A stretch of DNA of 64,000 nt from Octopus vulgaris (Eukaryota), in NCBI GenBank assembly GCA_951406725.2, contig OX597825.1, positions 16,058,001 to 16,122,000 on the forward strand, read 5' to 3'. Shown here in pieces: positions 26,410 to 39,302 of this stretch. Both the position numbers and the translations under genes were made by a program. The number at the start of each line of letters is the position of its first letter. Within the stretch, counting starts at the first letter, position 1. The notes under the pieces are model-generated. The model saw only the letters and a list, made by a program, of their open reading frames with translations. It searched no databases and was not told where the DNA came from.

Positions 26410-26662
26410 ATAAAGCATATTACTCTACCACTGGTATTTGAGTACTCTTTTTTCCACCTTGTTTCACATCTATGTGTTTACTCCGGTGTAACCCGCTCCT
26501 TATAAAAGTTTGAGCGACTCTGCACAAGTAGGAAGAACAAACAGCTGAAAAAGATGGAACTTTATATCGGTTCCATTCTAGCAAAAACTGTCTGATGAAC
26601 AGCAACGAGAATCTCAGAGTAACAGATTTTGTTGAATTTTCTGCTGCTTAAAATAAAGTATA
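26410..26662 (+). mobile_element. Unit-length (~243 nt) HHR element (family 2), retrozyme-like
   Basis: Terminal redundancy ATAAAGCATA/ATAAAGTATA, flanked by TA-rich tracts. HHR at 26581-26632 with GAAA mutated to GAAT. Confidence 0.75.
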
Positions 26663-26780
26663 TGTATATATATATAGATAGATATATATATATACACATT
26701 ATCAATTTATTAATAAATAGTTATTAACTTAAATTTCAACTCTACATTTTCTTTTCTTTTCTTCTACTAATTAAATATGG

Positions 26781-26826
<46 letters not shown>

Positions 26827-27901
26827 ATATAAGGACAAAATCTATATAAGATTTTATCAAGTAGACAGCATGCAAGATCAATTAATGAAAAAATTAATAC
26901 AAAGTATATAATTTTTTCTTTATATATAAAATACATTATTATATCAAAGGCTATTGCTCTAAGTAAAGCCACATGATACAAGGGGTCTCTGAATTATATT
27001 TGTTGAAGAATTTTGACTTCAGAGTCCCCTTACAGCATGTAGCTTTACTTATGCGTATGTATATATATATATATATATATATATAGGTAGAATTCACAAA
27101 AAAAAAGACAAAAGACGAAGACAGGTGGTGTAGAAAACAAACAGATGTATTAGTGTAACGCTGGGGAAAGTGAAAAAGTGCTGGTGCTTTTACGTGCCAC
27201 CGGCACGGGCCAGGCGAGCCTGGCAACGGACACGAATGGATGGTGCTTTTACGTGCGTTGACGAGAGGCAATTACCTTGAAACTATAGTCCGTATGTAGT
27301 ACTTAGGTCTTCGAGGGAGGATGACCTCCCTTTGCAAATAACACAAGGGCACTGAGATAGAGTCTAAAGTCCATCTGGTGACGTTGATCGCCTGGGGCTA
27401 AAAGCATCAGTAACACCCCACCCCCAGTGGCTAGCCACATTCAGATGGCTAGTACACCTTACGTTAACTTAGTTATCATTATATATATATATATATAATC
27501 TTTTCTACTAGAGGTACTAGGCTTGAAATTTGGAGTATGGGGACTAGTCAATTACATTGACCCCAGCATTTCATTGGTACTTAATTTATCGCCCCCAAAG
27601 AGATGGAAAGCAAAGTTGACATCAGTGGAATTTGAACTCAGAACGTATAAAGATAAAGGAAATGTCACTAAGCATTTCTCCTTGCTGCCATATATATATA
27701 TGTATGTATGTATGTATATATATGGTAAACGATATTGATGATATATATATCATTGGCGTTAGGAAGGGCATCCAGCCGTAGAAACACTGCCAGATCTGAC
27801 TGGGCCTGACGAAGCCTTCCAGCTTCACAGACCCCAGTTGACCCGTCCAACCCATGCTAGCATGGAAAGCGGACGCTAAACGATGATGATGATGATGATG
27901 A

Positions 27902-27941
<40 letters not shown>

Positions 27942-28096
27942 TACTATGAGAGAGAATCCACTATGTGGACGCTCTTACGCTAGATATAGATCCGCAAAGG
28001 GACTCAACCACTAAGAATTGTTCTCAAGAAATAATTTAGCATACCAAGAACGTAAGCGAGCAGGACAAATGAAAAATAACGCAAAAATATAGATTA

Positions 28097-28172
28097 ACCC
28101 CATACAGTTGTTTCACTGTTAATAAATTATGTAATTTTACTGACAGAAATATCCTCGGATCATCAGTGGAGT
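28097..28172 (-). ncRNA. Type I hammerhead ribozyme with long stem II region (family 3)
   Basis: Minus strand: ACTCCA-CTGATGA-(long hairpin)-GAAA-CAACTG-TA-TGGGGT. Near-palindromic ACAACTGT stem III, GUA triplet. Confidence 0.65.
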
Positions 28173-28275
28173 GCGTCATAAAATATAATTTGTCGAACTG
28201 CACGCTACATATTAACACGAGGTCAGAGACACGAGCAGTTCAGCCGATTATATTCACAGTTACATTCAAATGCCC

Positions 28276-28494
28276 AATCCCTCAACTATCGCGGTTGTTA
28301 TGTTCCAAAACTCCCCACGATAGGTGAAAATTTACAAAGTAGAAACAGTACTGTACTGTATATTTATTATTATTATTTTTACAATTTGTGTATACTTATC
28401 TTATTATAAATGCAAAACAACACCACAGAAGAATCAGCGTAAGCCTAAGTAATAAACTGCGATAGGTGAACCGTGATATGGCAAGGGATTACTG
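28276..28494. mobile_element. pogo/Tigger-like MITE (left TIR clipped)
   Basis: AATCCCTCAACTATCGCGG versus CCGTGATATGGCAAGGGATTACTG|TA. Confidence 0.6.
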
Positions 28495-28509
28495 TATATA
28501 TATATATAT

Positions 28510-28544
<35 letters not shown>

Positions 28545-28548
28545 CATA

Positions 28549-28620
<72 letters not shown>

Positions 28621-28873
28621 ATCTTCAACATTTCCAAAGTAGACACTGGAGCATCAAGTTGTCTTTCAAGTTATCAGATCCTTGTCAAACCTTCCAACCC
28701 ATGCAAGCATAGAACATAGGCATTAAATAATTTATTTTTTTTGGCCAATAGAACTTGAAGGAATGTTTTGAAATAGTATTTTACAGTTAGATGCGATTCC
28801 TGATATTATTCCAACCCTTTTAGTTGCCTCCAACAACACACAGAGTTTAAGTGTACCTATTCTAAAAACAAAA

Positions 28874-29043
28874 GGTGCAGGAGTGGCTGTGTGGTAAGTA
28901 GCTTGCTTACCAACCACATGGTTCCGGGTTCATTCCCACTGCATGGTACTTTGGGCAAGTGTCTTCTACTATAGCCTCAGGGTGACCAAAGCCCTGTGAG
29001 TGGATTTGGCAGCCTGAAACTAAAAGCCCATCGTATATATATG

Positions 29044-29078
<35 letters not shown>

Positions 29079-29228
29079 ATGTTTGTGTGTGTGTTTGTCC
29101 CCCTAGCATCCCTTGACAACCAATGGTGGTGTGTTTACATCCCCATAACTTAGCGGTTCAGCAAAAGAGACTAATAGAATAAGTACTAGGCTTCCAAAGA
29201 ATAAGTCCTGGGGTCAATTTGCTCAACT
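28874..29228 (+). mobile_element. SINE family A, 3'-truncated at the Penelope-like fragment
   Basis: Family A sequence up to GGGTCAATTTGCTCAACT. Confidence 0.8.
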
Positions 29229-30158
29229 CTTTCTCCTTCCCTCCTGAGCCGTCTAAACTTCCCTTCACTCTCAACATCCAGAGCCTTTACACGGTGATCC
29301 CTCACTATGAGGAGCTGCGTGCACTCCAGCATTTCCTTGACCTTCAACTCAACCCCCAACCCGACATCGACACTCGTTTGCTGGTGATTTCTACCAGTAG
29401 TTCTCGGGAGTGGCCATGGGAATGAGAATGGGCCCCGACTATGCAAACCTATTCGTTGGCTACATTGAGACCCAAATATTCTCAAGTTTCACTGGTTCCA
29501 CTCCCAAACTATATGACCATTATATTGACGACAGTATTGGTGCGACCCCACTCTCTCGCGAACATCTAGACTCCTTCTTCTCTTTTGTCAAATCGTTCCA
29601 TCCTGCCCTCCACTTCTCCTGCACTATCTCTGACACCTCTGTCTCCTTTCTTGACATTTTGGTCAGCATTCATCACCCCACTCTTACTACCTCCATCCCC
29701 TACAAATGCACAGACTCACACTCATACCTCAACTTCTTCTCCTCCTACCACAAACACACCAAGCTCTCCATCCCCTATTTCCAATTCCTCTGTCTACGCA
29801 GGCTCTGTAGTGACGACCATGACTTTAAGACCCAGTCTCAACTCATGGTTCGCCACTTCATCCTACGTGGATGTCTCCTTCCCACTATCCACACCGCCCT
29901 TGTCAGAGCATGTTCCATGGACCATGCATCTGCTCCCCCCCCTCCGAACCTGCCCTGCAACCTCCCGTTTCCTCTTACCTACCAACCCACCACCCTACTT
30001 CGCCAATGCACCATTCTCCGAGCCTTCCAGCGACTCCAGTTCAACCCCTCCACTTTGGACATCTTCCCTAACCAACCCCTCCCCTCCTTCAAACAAGCCC
30101 ACAACCTACGAGACCTCTTGGTCCAGTGTCTTCCCTAACCCAACCTCCCAACCCAGCT
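29229..30158 (+). mobile_element. Penelope-like element reverse transcriptase fragment (decayed)
   Basis: Motifs FTLNIQSLYTVIPH, AMGMRMGPDYANLFVG, YIDD, FHPALHFS, SFLDI, TDSHSYL..SS.H...K.SIPY.QFL.LRRLCS are characteristic of PLE RT. Internal deletion and frameshift; no GIY-YIG domain retained. Confidence 0.88.
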
Positions 30159-30429
30159 CGTATGTATGTATATATATATATATATATATATATGCGCATA
30201 TACATATATATGTATGTATATATGTGTGTGTCTTTGTGTCTATGTTTGTCTGCCCCACCCACCCGCTATCGCTTGACAACTAATGATGGTGTGTTTACAT
30301 CCCTGTAACTTGGCAGTTCAGCAAAAGAGAACAATAAAATAAGTACCAGGCTTACACAAAGAATAAGTCTTGGGATCGATTTCTTTGACTAAAAGATGGT
30401 GCTCCAGCATGGCCACAGTAAAATGACTA

Positions 30430-30783
30430 GATACATACATACATACATACCTCCATACCTACATACATGCATATATACCTACATACATACATACCTACAT
30501 ACATACATACACGCACACACATACATACATACCTACATACATACATACATACATACATACACACATACATACATACATACATACATACATACATACACAC
30601 ATACACACACACATACATACATACATGCCTATATCCATCAATCCATACATACATACATACATACATACATACATACATACACACACACACATACATACAC
30701 ACACACACATACATACATACCTACATACATACATACACACATACACACACACACATACATAGCTACATACATACATACATACA
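30430..30783. repeat. (ATAC)n/(AC)n microsatellite
   Basis: Directly visible. Confidence 0.96.
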
Positions 30784-30999
30784 GAATCACCATCCATCCA
30801 TTCACTCATTCATCCATTCATTCATTCAATTATTCACTCTCGGTAAAAGTTATCTGATAGTCCTAAAAGGAGAAATCTCTTTTCTTCTTAATGAAGTGTT
30901 AAGATACTTCTTCACCAACAAGACGTATATAAAGGAAATACTATTTAGCTCACCTCTCTCCTCCTTCCTCTCCCTCTCTATATATCTATCTCCCTGTCC

Positions 31000-31985
<986 letters not shown>

Positions 31986-32281
31986 TATGAAAAGACTGTA
32001 GTTTTATTCTCCTACGTCTGGAACTTGCTATTGTGAGAAGACTGCTCTATCGCTAACCATGAGCCGTAATAAGCTGTGGTTTGGCTCAAGTGGGAAAACA
32101 ATTTTCCCTCTATTATATTCTGTTGGATGCGATACCAAGTATGTATTGCTGCTTATTCACTAGAAATCTTGATTAAATCAATCTGTTTTTATTGAAACAG
32201 CAAGACATATTCGGTGTCCAGTGGAATATTGTATAGGAAAAATTGCTTCCCACGTCTGCTAAACTACAGCATATATGCACT

Positions 32282-32315
<34 letters not shown>

Positions 32316-32382
32316 GTTACACATGCATACACATGCACTCACAAGCATATGCACATATACATGATATACTCGCATATGCATT

Positions 32383-32419
<37 letters not shown>

Positions 32420-32442
32420 GTGTGTATATATATATATATATA

Positions 32443-32645
32443 CATGAGGAGGCGCTGAAGAGTTCCTGGCTTTGGTTAAAAGAAAGTACCAGGAGGATCA
32501 GTTAATTATGATTTTATTCAACATATACCCTCCTCAGATTCAAACATTTATTACAACAGCCCTATAAAAGAACTCAGATAGCTGGGCCTCCAACAAGCCT
32601 TTCGTGATAACCTTAAAGCCAGACACTTTTCAGCACCCCCATATG
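32443..32645. mobile_element. Mariner-type MITE
   Basis: Imperfect TIRs GAGGAGGCGCTGAAGAGTTCCTGGCTTT / AAAGCCAGACACTTTTCAGCACCCCC with TA flanks. Confidence 0.7.
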
Positions 32646-32745
32646 TATATATATATATAATAATAATAAATATTAGGGAATAAATCCAAATTTACAGGGA
32701 AAAATCAGATTTAGGATTGAATCCAATTTTATAGTAAAATATAAT

Positions 32746-33028
32746 ATAATATTAATTAGAGACAAAACCACTATTATACAAATCAAACAAAGAAAGACTT
32801 AATCCAATACATAAAAAATTTTATATAAATTAAATATAATTAAGATATCCACTACGATCGTTTCTTGTCATTTCTATTGACATTCATCAGGTGGTTTCAA
32901 GACCTTCTTTGCAAGTTTTTAACTGATAGTAGTAGATATCTTAATTATATTTAATTTATATAAAATTTTTTATGTATTGGATTAAATCTTTCTTTGTATG
33001 ATTTGAATAATAGTGGTTTTGTCTCTAA

Positions 33029-33038
<10 letters not shown>
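32746..33038. repeat. Fold-back inverted repeat, ~114-bp arms
   Basis: 32746-32860 is complementary to 32925-33038 with few mismatches. Confidence 0.9.
32849..32894 (-). ncRNA. Minimal type I hammerhead ribozyme (family 4), intact core
   Basis: Minus strand: CCAC-CTGATGA-ATGTCA ATAGAAA TGACAA-GAAA-CGATCG-TA-GTGG. Palindromic ACGATCGT stem III, GUA triplet. Confidence 0.82.
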
Positions 33039-33097
<59 letters not shown>

Positions 33098-33100
33098 AAT

Positions 33101-33273
33101 TATTCGGTAGCCATGATAAAACTCCAAGTTTTGGATGTCGGGGCAGAAACTGCACCAGCATCTCTTCAGTTATTGGGCCAGATTTTTCGATGGCCCAATA
33201 ACTGAAGAGATGCCGGTGCGAGTTTCCGCCCCAACATCCGAAACTCAGTGTCTTGTCCTATGGCTACCGAATA
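33101..33273. repeat. Fold-back inverted repeat (~80-bp arms, 10-nt spacer) with HHR
   Basis: 33101-33180 pairs with 33191-33273. Confidence 0.88.
33198..33256 (+). ncRNA. Type I hammerhead ribozyme (family 5)
   Basis: ATAA-CTGAAGA(33202-33208)-GATG...CATC-C-GAAA(33240-33243)-CTCAGT-GTC-TTGT. The mirror copy on the minus strand has CGAAA changed to CAAAA. Confidence 0.68.
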
Positions 33274-33754
33274 TGTCACATTTTATATTTACAGATAAAT
33301 TCCTCTATTTACATAATATCAAGGTCTCTTTCATTCTTTTGCTCTTTTACCATTTCTATCAATATATATACATATTTACATAATATTAGGGAGTATAACT
33401 CCAAACTTTCAGGGAAAGATTCAATTTAGTATTAAATCAAATTTCACAATCTAAATATAAATTAGAGAAAAAAAACCATGATAGATCACTTTTGTGATCT
33501 AGTTATATATTTTTAAAAATATTTTTTATTTTTTATTTATGATTAGGTTTATGTCTATCATTGTTTGAATTGCATGATGGTGGTTTTTTTCTCTAATTTA
33601 TACATATATATATAAGACACGTCAGCTAATTATAATCACTGTCTTCCACACATGCAGGTTTGTCCTTTCAGGTGCTGGTGCCACATAAAAGGCACCTGTG
33701 CCACTGCTGTGTTAATGCACCCCCTGCACTGGTGCTGCATAAATGCACCCATGA

Positions 33755-33930
33755 TCTCTCTCTTTCCGCTCAGTCGAAGTTGGCTCTCGGTCACTTGTTG
33801 GCTCAGTGTCCTCCCGTCAGTTCTATCCTGGGCCGCTTCCTTCAGATTGGCCATGTCCATTCCGGTATCACTCTTGATGATGTCAAGCCAGTGGGTTCTT
33901 GGTCGGCCTCTTCCTCTCTTACCAGTGACC
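33755..33930 (-). mobile_element. RTE-like LINE RT C-terminal remnant
   Basis: VTGKRGRGRPRTHWLDIIKSDTG...AAQDR. Confidence 0.7.
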
Positions 33931-34627
33931 CATGATAGTGACACATAAAAAGCACCCAGCACTCTCTGTTTAGTGGTTGGCTTTTGGAAGGGCATCCAGC
34001 CATAGACACAATGTCACAACATACAGTTGGAGTATGGACATCCTTTAGCCAGCTCCATGTCAAACCATCCAACCCATGCCAACATGGAAAGTGCAGACGT
34101 TAAACGATGATGATGATATATGTATATCGCCTGGATCAGCCAAGCTGTCTGGTGCCGAGTTGACTCCACTGGCTGCAGCATTTGCTCCATTCCTCTCGTG
34201 CTCTTGTCATTCTCTTCCACATTGTTCCAAATATTTATCTTAAATCATCTTCCCACCTGATTTGGAGGTCTTCCGAGTGGTCTCTTCCATTCGTTGTGAC
34301 TTAGCAATCTGCCTGATTCCTAGGTTAATCTGTTGCAGGGTTACCCCTTCGCAGCTGAGTGAACTGGAACAGCACAGAAGAAGTGTTTTGCTCAAGAACG
34401 CAACACACCACTCAGCACGGGAATTGAAGCCATGATCTCCCAATCGTGAGTGCAACATCCTAACCACTGGGCCATGTACCTTCGCACACACACGTCTGTG
34501 TGTGTGTGTGAGAGAGAGAGGGAGAAAGAAAGAAAAGAAAATAATGAAGATGTCAGGGAGTAAAAATACCACTTCTCTTCCTTAACAGGCAAATATCATT
34601 TCCATTAATATTTAAGCTAAATGTATC

Positions 34628-34658
<31 letters not shown>

Positions 34659-34676
34659 ACAGACATACACACACAT

Positions 34677-34719
<43 letters not shown>

Positions 34720-35610
34720 GATATGTAGGTAGGTAAGTCGACAGACATACATACGTAAAGATAGATAGATAGATAGATAGATAGGTAGATGGACAGATCT
34801 AGAGATATTGACAAAGCTTAGATTTTGATATAAACAATGTTTGCCCCATGAGCAGGAGATATTTGGCTTCTGTTTTTTCCCCACTGAGTTAATTATTTAT
34901 TTTTCAATCTCAGATTGTTTTTCTTCGCAAATGTGTAATATTCAATACTTGTATGAGTGTGCCTTCGGTAATAAAGAGTCATGCGTCTTTTGCTAGTTTA
35001 AGTACGTATATGTACATGTACACACATACACACACACATGCATATGCACATATGTACCCGCACATGCATGCACACATACACACATACTTTCACATGTACA
35101 CACACACATACATATACAAACACATGCACACACATATACATATACATGCACACACAAACACGCATGTGCATACATACACACATACACACACACACACACA
35201 CATATACATACACATGCATGCACACAAACACACACACACATGCAAGCATGCACACACATATGCAACAGCTTCTGTGTCTTTAGGCTAATTTCACATTCAG
35301 ATTCTAGAATTTTGAAAATTCTTCCAGCACTTCATTGTTTTTCTTATTTTTTTCCCCTCTAACTGACTTTATATACAGATATATACATTCAGTTGAGTTA
35401 TATACATTGTTGTTGTTGCTTGTGATGGTGATGAACGTGGTCTGTGTCTTGTTATTGTTGTTAACCATTGTCATCATCATCATCACCATCATCATCATTA
35501 TTATTATTGCTTTTCATCCCCTCAAAGTTGATGAAATAAGTACCAGTCATGCTCTAGGGTTGATGTAACTGACTTATTTTGCCCCACATATATGAATGTA
35601 TATATATATA

Positions 35611-35943
35611 TATATTTATAAAAAAGAAGTTTGAAAACGCCACTATATAAGATACATTTTAATTTTCTTAGAAATTTTACATGTTTCGGTTCTTCTTGAA
35701 AAAACGAACCTTATCAAAAATATTTTTAAAAGTTTAGTGTAATAAAAAAGTTCATAATTGTTTCTTACTGGTCTCAACAGAATCCACGTGGTTTTTTTTA
35801 GCTGTTTTATGTGTCCGAATGACCAGTGGCTGAAATGGCAGTAGCAGCAGTGACTGTTGGTCGTAGTAGTAGTAACCGAAACATGTAAAATTTCTAAGAA
35901 AATTAAACTTAATCTTATATAGTGACATTTTCAAACTTCTTTT

Positions 35944-35953
<10 letters not shown>
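35611..35953. repeat. Fold-back inverted repeat (~80-bp arms) between (TA)n tracts
   Basis: 35611-35691 pairs with 35874-35953. Confidence 0.85.
35674..35721 (-). ncRNA. Minimal type I hammerhead ribozyme, U3-A8 core variant (family 6)
   Basis: Minus strand: ATTT-TTGATAA-GGTTC...GAACC-GAAA-CATG-TA-AAAT. Palindromic ACATGT stem III. Confidence 0.65.
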
Positions 35954-35989
<36 letters not shown>

Positions 35990-35990
<1 letters not shown>

Positions 35991-36398
35991 TCTTTTTACT
36001 CTTTTACTAGTTTCAGTCATTTGACTGTGGCCTTGCTGGAGCACCGCCTTTAGTCGAGCAATTCGACCCCAGGACTTATTCTTTGTAAGCCTAGTAATTA
36101 TTCCATCAGTCTCTTTTGCTGAACCGCTAAGTTACGGGGATGTAAACGCACCAGCATTGGTTGTCAAACGATGTTGGGGAGACAAACACACACACACACA
36201 CACATACATATACATATATATGTATACATATATATGACGGGATTCTTTCAGTTTCTGTCTACCAAATCCACTCACAAGGCTTTGGTCAGCCCGAGGCTAT
36301 AGTAGAAGACACTTCCCCAAGGTGCCACGCAGTGGTACTGAACTCGAAACCATGTGGTTGGTAAGCAAGCTTCTTACCACACAGCAACTCCTATGCCT
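35990..36398 (-). mobile_element. SINE family A
   Basis: Full reverse-complement copy. Confidence 0.85.
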
Positions 36399-36851
36399 AC
36401 TTGCTTATGATTCTGCCAACTTGCTGCTTTGAGCTAAGACATAACTTAATTTTTATTTATGTTTTACATATTAATTGTTATTTATATTTTATATATTAAT
36501 TGTTTATTTATATTTTATGTGTTTATTGTTTTCAGGTTTCCACATTGATGGCTGCTTGAGTAGATATTTGAGAATATGGAAGGACATCTGTGTCATAAGT
36601 ATAAATATAAACTTTGATGGAAGTTTTGAATCAGATATTTATAAGTAAGCTTCTTTTCCATTTTTGCTGTTGCTGTAGTTGTTGTTTAGTATCATGTTAG
36701 CCCTTAGTAAGCAGAGCACAAATTTATGATCAAAGACATTCCAACCATGGCCGTCTAGCTTTCAACAAGCACAATTCGTCTAGGACTTTTTTAACATCGT
36801 AGGATATGGAAAGAAAGAGATTTGACTGTTATTTCTACTGTTGTAAGACTT

Positions 36852-37325
36852 TGGAGTGCTGTTTTGACCATGCAGCCAGTGGTTCTTAGCCACAGCTCCC
36901 CTCCTCACCGTGGTGGGGACGCTGGCAACGGGTAGTGTCAGAGCTATGCCGTCGGGAACTTCGGTTCCTGGTAGGGCCACCCAAGGCGGATTGGTCTGAC
37001 ACCGAGCAGTATTAGGGCCACAACCCGGCAGACGGGGCTCTGGTGAAAATCCTCGGAGTGTCTGTTTCGGCAACCGGTGGCTCCTCAGTCGTTCTGTCCC
37101 TGCGTCTGCAGACAATCTGCAGCAAACAGGATGTCTCTACATGCGGGATTGTTGGGGACCGCTTGTGAAATCCACATAATCCCACGAAACTTCTTCCATG
37201 GTACAAGAAGCCGACTCAACCCACCCAGGGTGAATGTCGCCACAAGTACAAGTACAAGTAAGTACAGCTCCCATGGTTGCATGTGGCCCTCAAGCATCAT
37301 TCCAGTGGCCCGCGATGGTTTTCCC
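36852..37325 (+). mobile_element. GC-rich 5' UTR of an RTE-clade LINE
   Basis: CCTCACCGTGGTGGGG...GAGCTATGCCGTCGGG...CCTGGTAGGGCCACCCAAGGCGGATTGGTC resembles the conserved 5' motif of RTE elements (BovB/Expander type). Confidence 0.6.
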
Positions 37326-37522
37326 TCTTTAGATATCTTTTATCTTTTACTTGTTTCACTCATTAGACTGCAGCCATGCTGGGGCACCACCTTGAAGAAA
37401 CTTTAGTCAAATAAATCAACCCAATTACTTAATATTTTTTACAGATCCTGGTATTTATTGTATCAGTCTCTTTTGTTGAACTGCTAAGTTATGGGGACAT
37501 AAACACACATACACACACACAC

Positions 37523-37562
<40 letters not shown>

Positions 37563-37862
37563 GGGCTTCTTTTAGTTTCCATCTAACAAATCCACTCACA
37601 AGGCTTTGGTCAGCCCAAGACTATAATAGAAGACACTTACCCAAGGTGCCATGCAGTAGGACTGAACCCGGAACCATGTGGTTAGGAAGCAAGCTTCCTA
37701 CCACACAGCCACACCTGCACCATTCATGTAAATTACTGCAATAAAATTGATGAATTTAATTACCATCTTTGAGAGAATACAGGCTGAACTCTACCAAAAG
37801 GTATTATCTCAAAGACAAGAATCACCCCAGGTCATCTTTACAAGTTGGACCTTAATCAAATG

Positions 37863-38288
37863 TTTTACTCTTTTACTTGTTTCAGTCATTTGACTGTGGC
37901 CATGCTGGAGCACTGCCTTTAGTCATGCAAATTGTCCCCAGGACTTATTCTTTGTTATTGTCCCTTTTGGTCCCTTTTGCCAAACCGGTAAGTTACGGGG
38001 ACACAAAACACACCACCATCGGTTGTCAAGCGACGTTGGGGGGGACAAACACAGACACACAAACATATATACACACACACACACATATATGTATATATAT
38101 ATATATACACACACACACATATATACGATGGGCTTCTTTCAGTTTCCATCTACCAAATCCACTCACAAGGCTTTGCTTGGCCCGAGGCAATAGTAGAAGA
38201 CACTTGTCCAAGGTGCCACGCAGTGGGAATGAACCCTGAAACATGTGGTTGGTAAGCAAGCTACTTACCACACAGCAACTCCTGCACC
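37863..38288 (-). mobile_element. SINE family A
   Basis: Full reverse-complement copy. Another lies at 37335-37720. Confidence 0.83.
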
Positions 38289-38902
38289 TAATGCACTAAA
38301 AAGTAATTTTTTTCTTTGTTTATGCGATGTTGTTATTATTGTGCATCAAATATGCTTATATGTTTTTATTTTTTTTGCCATCAAATATGGTAAATAATTT
38401 CTTGATTTAAAGAACAATAATTCCATCATTCTTTTATGCCATTATGTCTATTTAACAATAAATATTTAATCCTTCAGTGTTCAGATTACTCTGTCAAATG
38501 CAAAGTTTATGTATTCACATTATTTTCAAGTAATCAGACATTATTTCATAGCTTTGGGATTTTGAAGGTGTGATTGTCTATTTTTAGAATTACATTGCAG
38601 GGTAGGTGTGAGAGGCCAAATCTAGCCAGGTTGAACATAAAACATATTCTACATGTTTTATGTGGCTGGTTTAAATGATAAATAAGTTAAAGAAATTCAA
38701 TTAAAATCATCATCATCATCATTTAACATCTGCTTTCCATGCTGGCATGGGTTGGATGGTTTGACTGAAGACTGGCAAGCCAGGGGACTGCTCCGGGTTA
38801 ATGAAATTGATGAAGAACAGTAAAAACTAAGATGTACTTGCATAGCAAGTGACTTGATCTGAGACTGTATGCTGAAACAGAAACAATTGCAGCATGGAAG
38901 AT

Positions 38903-39302
38903 TACTCTTTTACTCTTTTACTTGTTTCAGTCATTTGACTGCGGCCATGCTGGAGCACTGCCTTTAATCGAGCAACTCGATCCCGGGGCTTATTCTTTTG
39001 TAAGCCCAGTACTTATTTTATCGGTCTCTTTTGCCGAACCACTAAGTAACTGGGACATAAACACACTGGCATTGGTTGTCAAGCAGTGCCAGGGGGACAA
39101 ACACAGACACACAAACACATAAACGCATATATATATATACATATATATGACGGGCTTCTTTCAGTTTCCGTCTAACAAATCCACTCACAAGGCTTTGGTC
39201 GGCCCAAGGCTATAGTAGAAGACACTTGCCCAAGGTGCCATGCAGTGGGATTGAACCCGGAACCATGTGGTTGGTAAACAAGCTACTTACCACACAGCCA
39301 CT
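38903..39302 (-). mobile_element. SINE family A
   Basis: Full reverse-complement copy. Confidence 0.85.
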
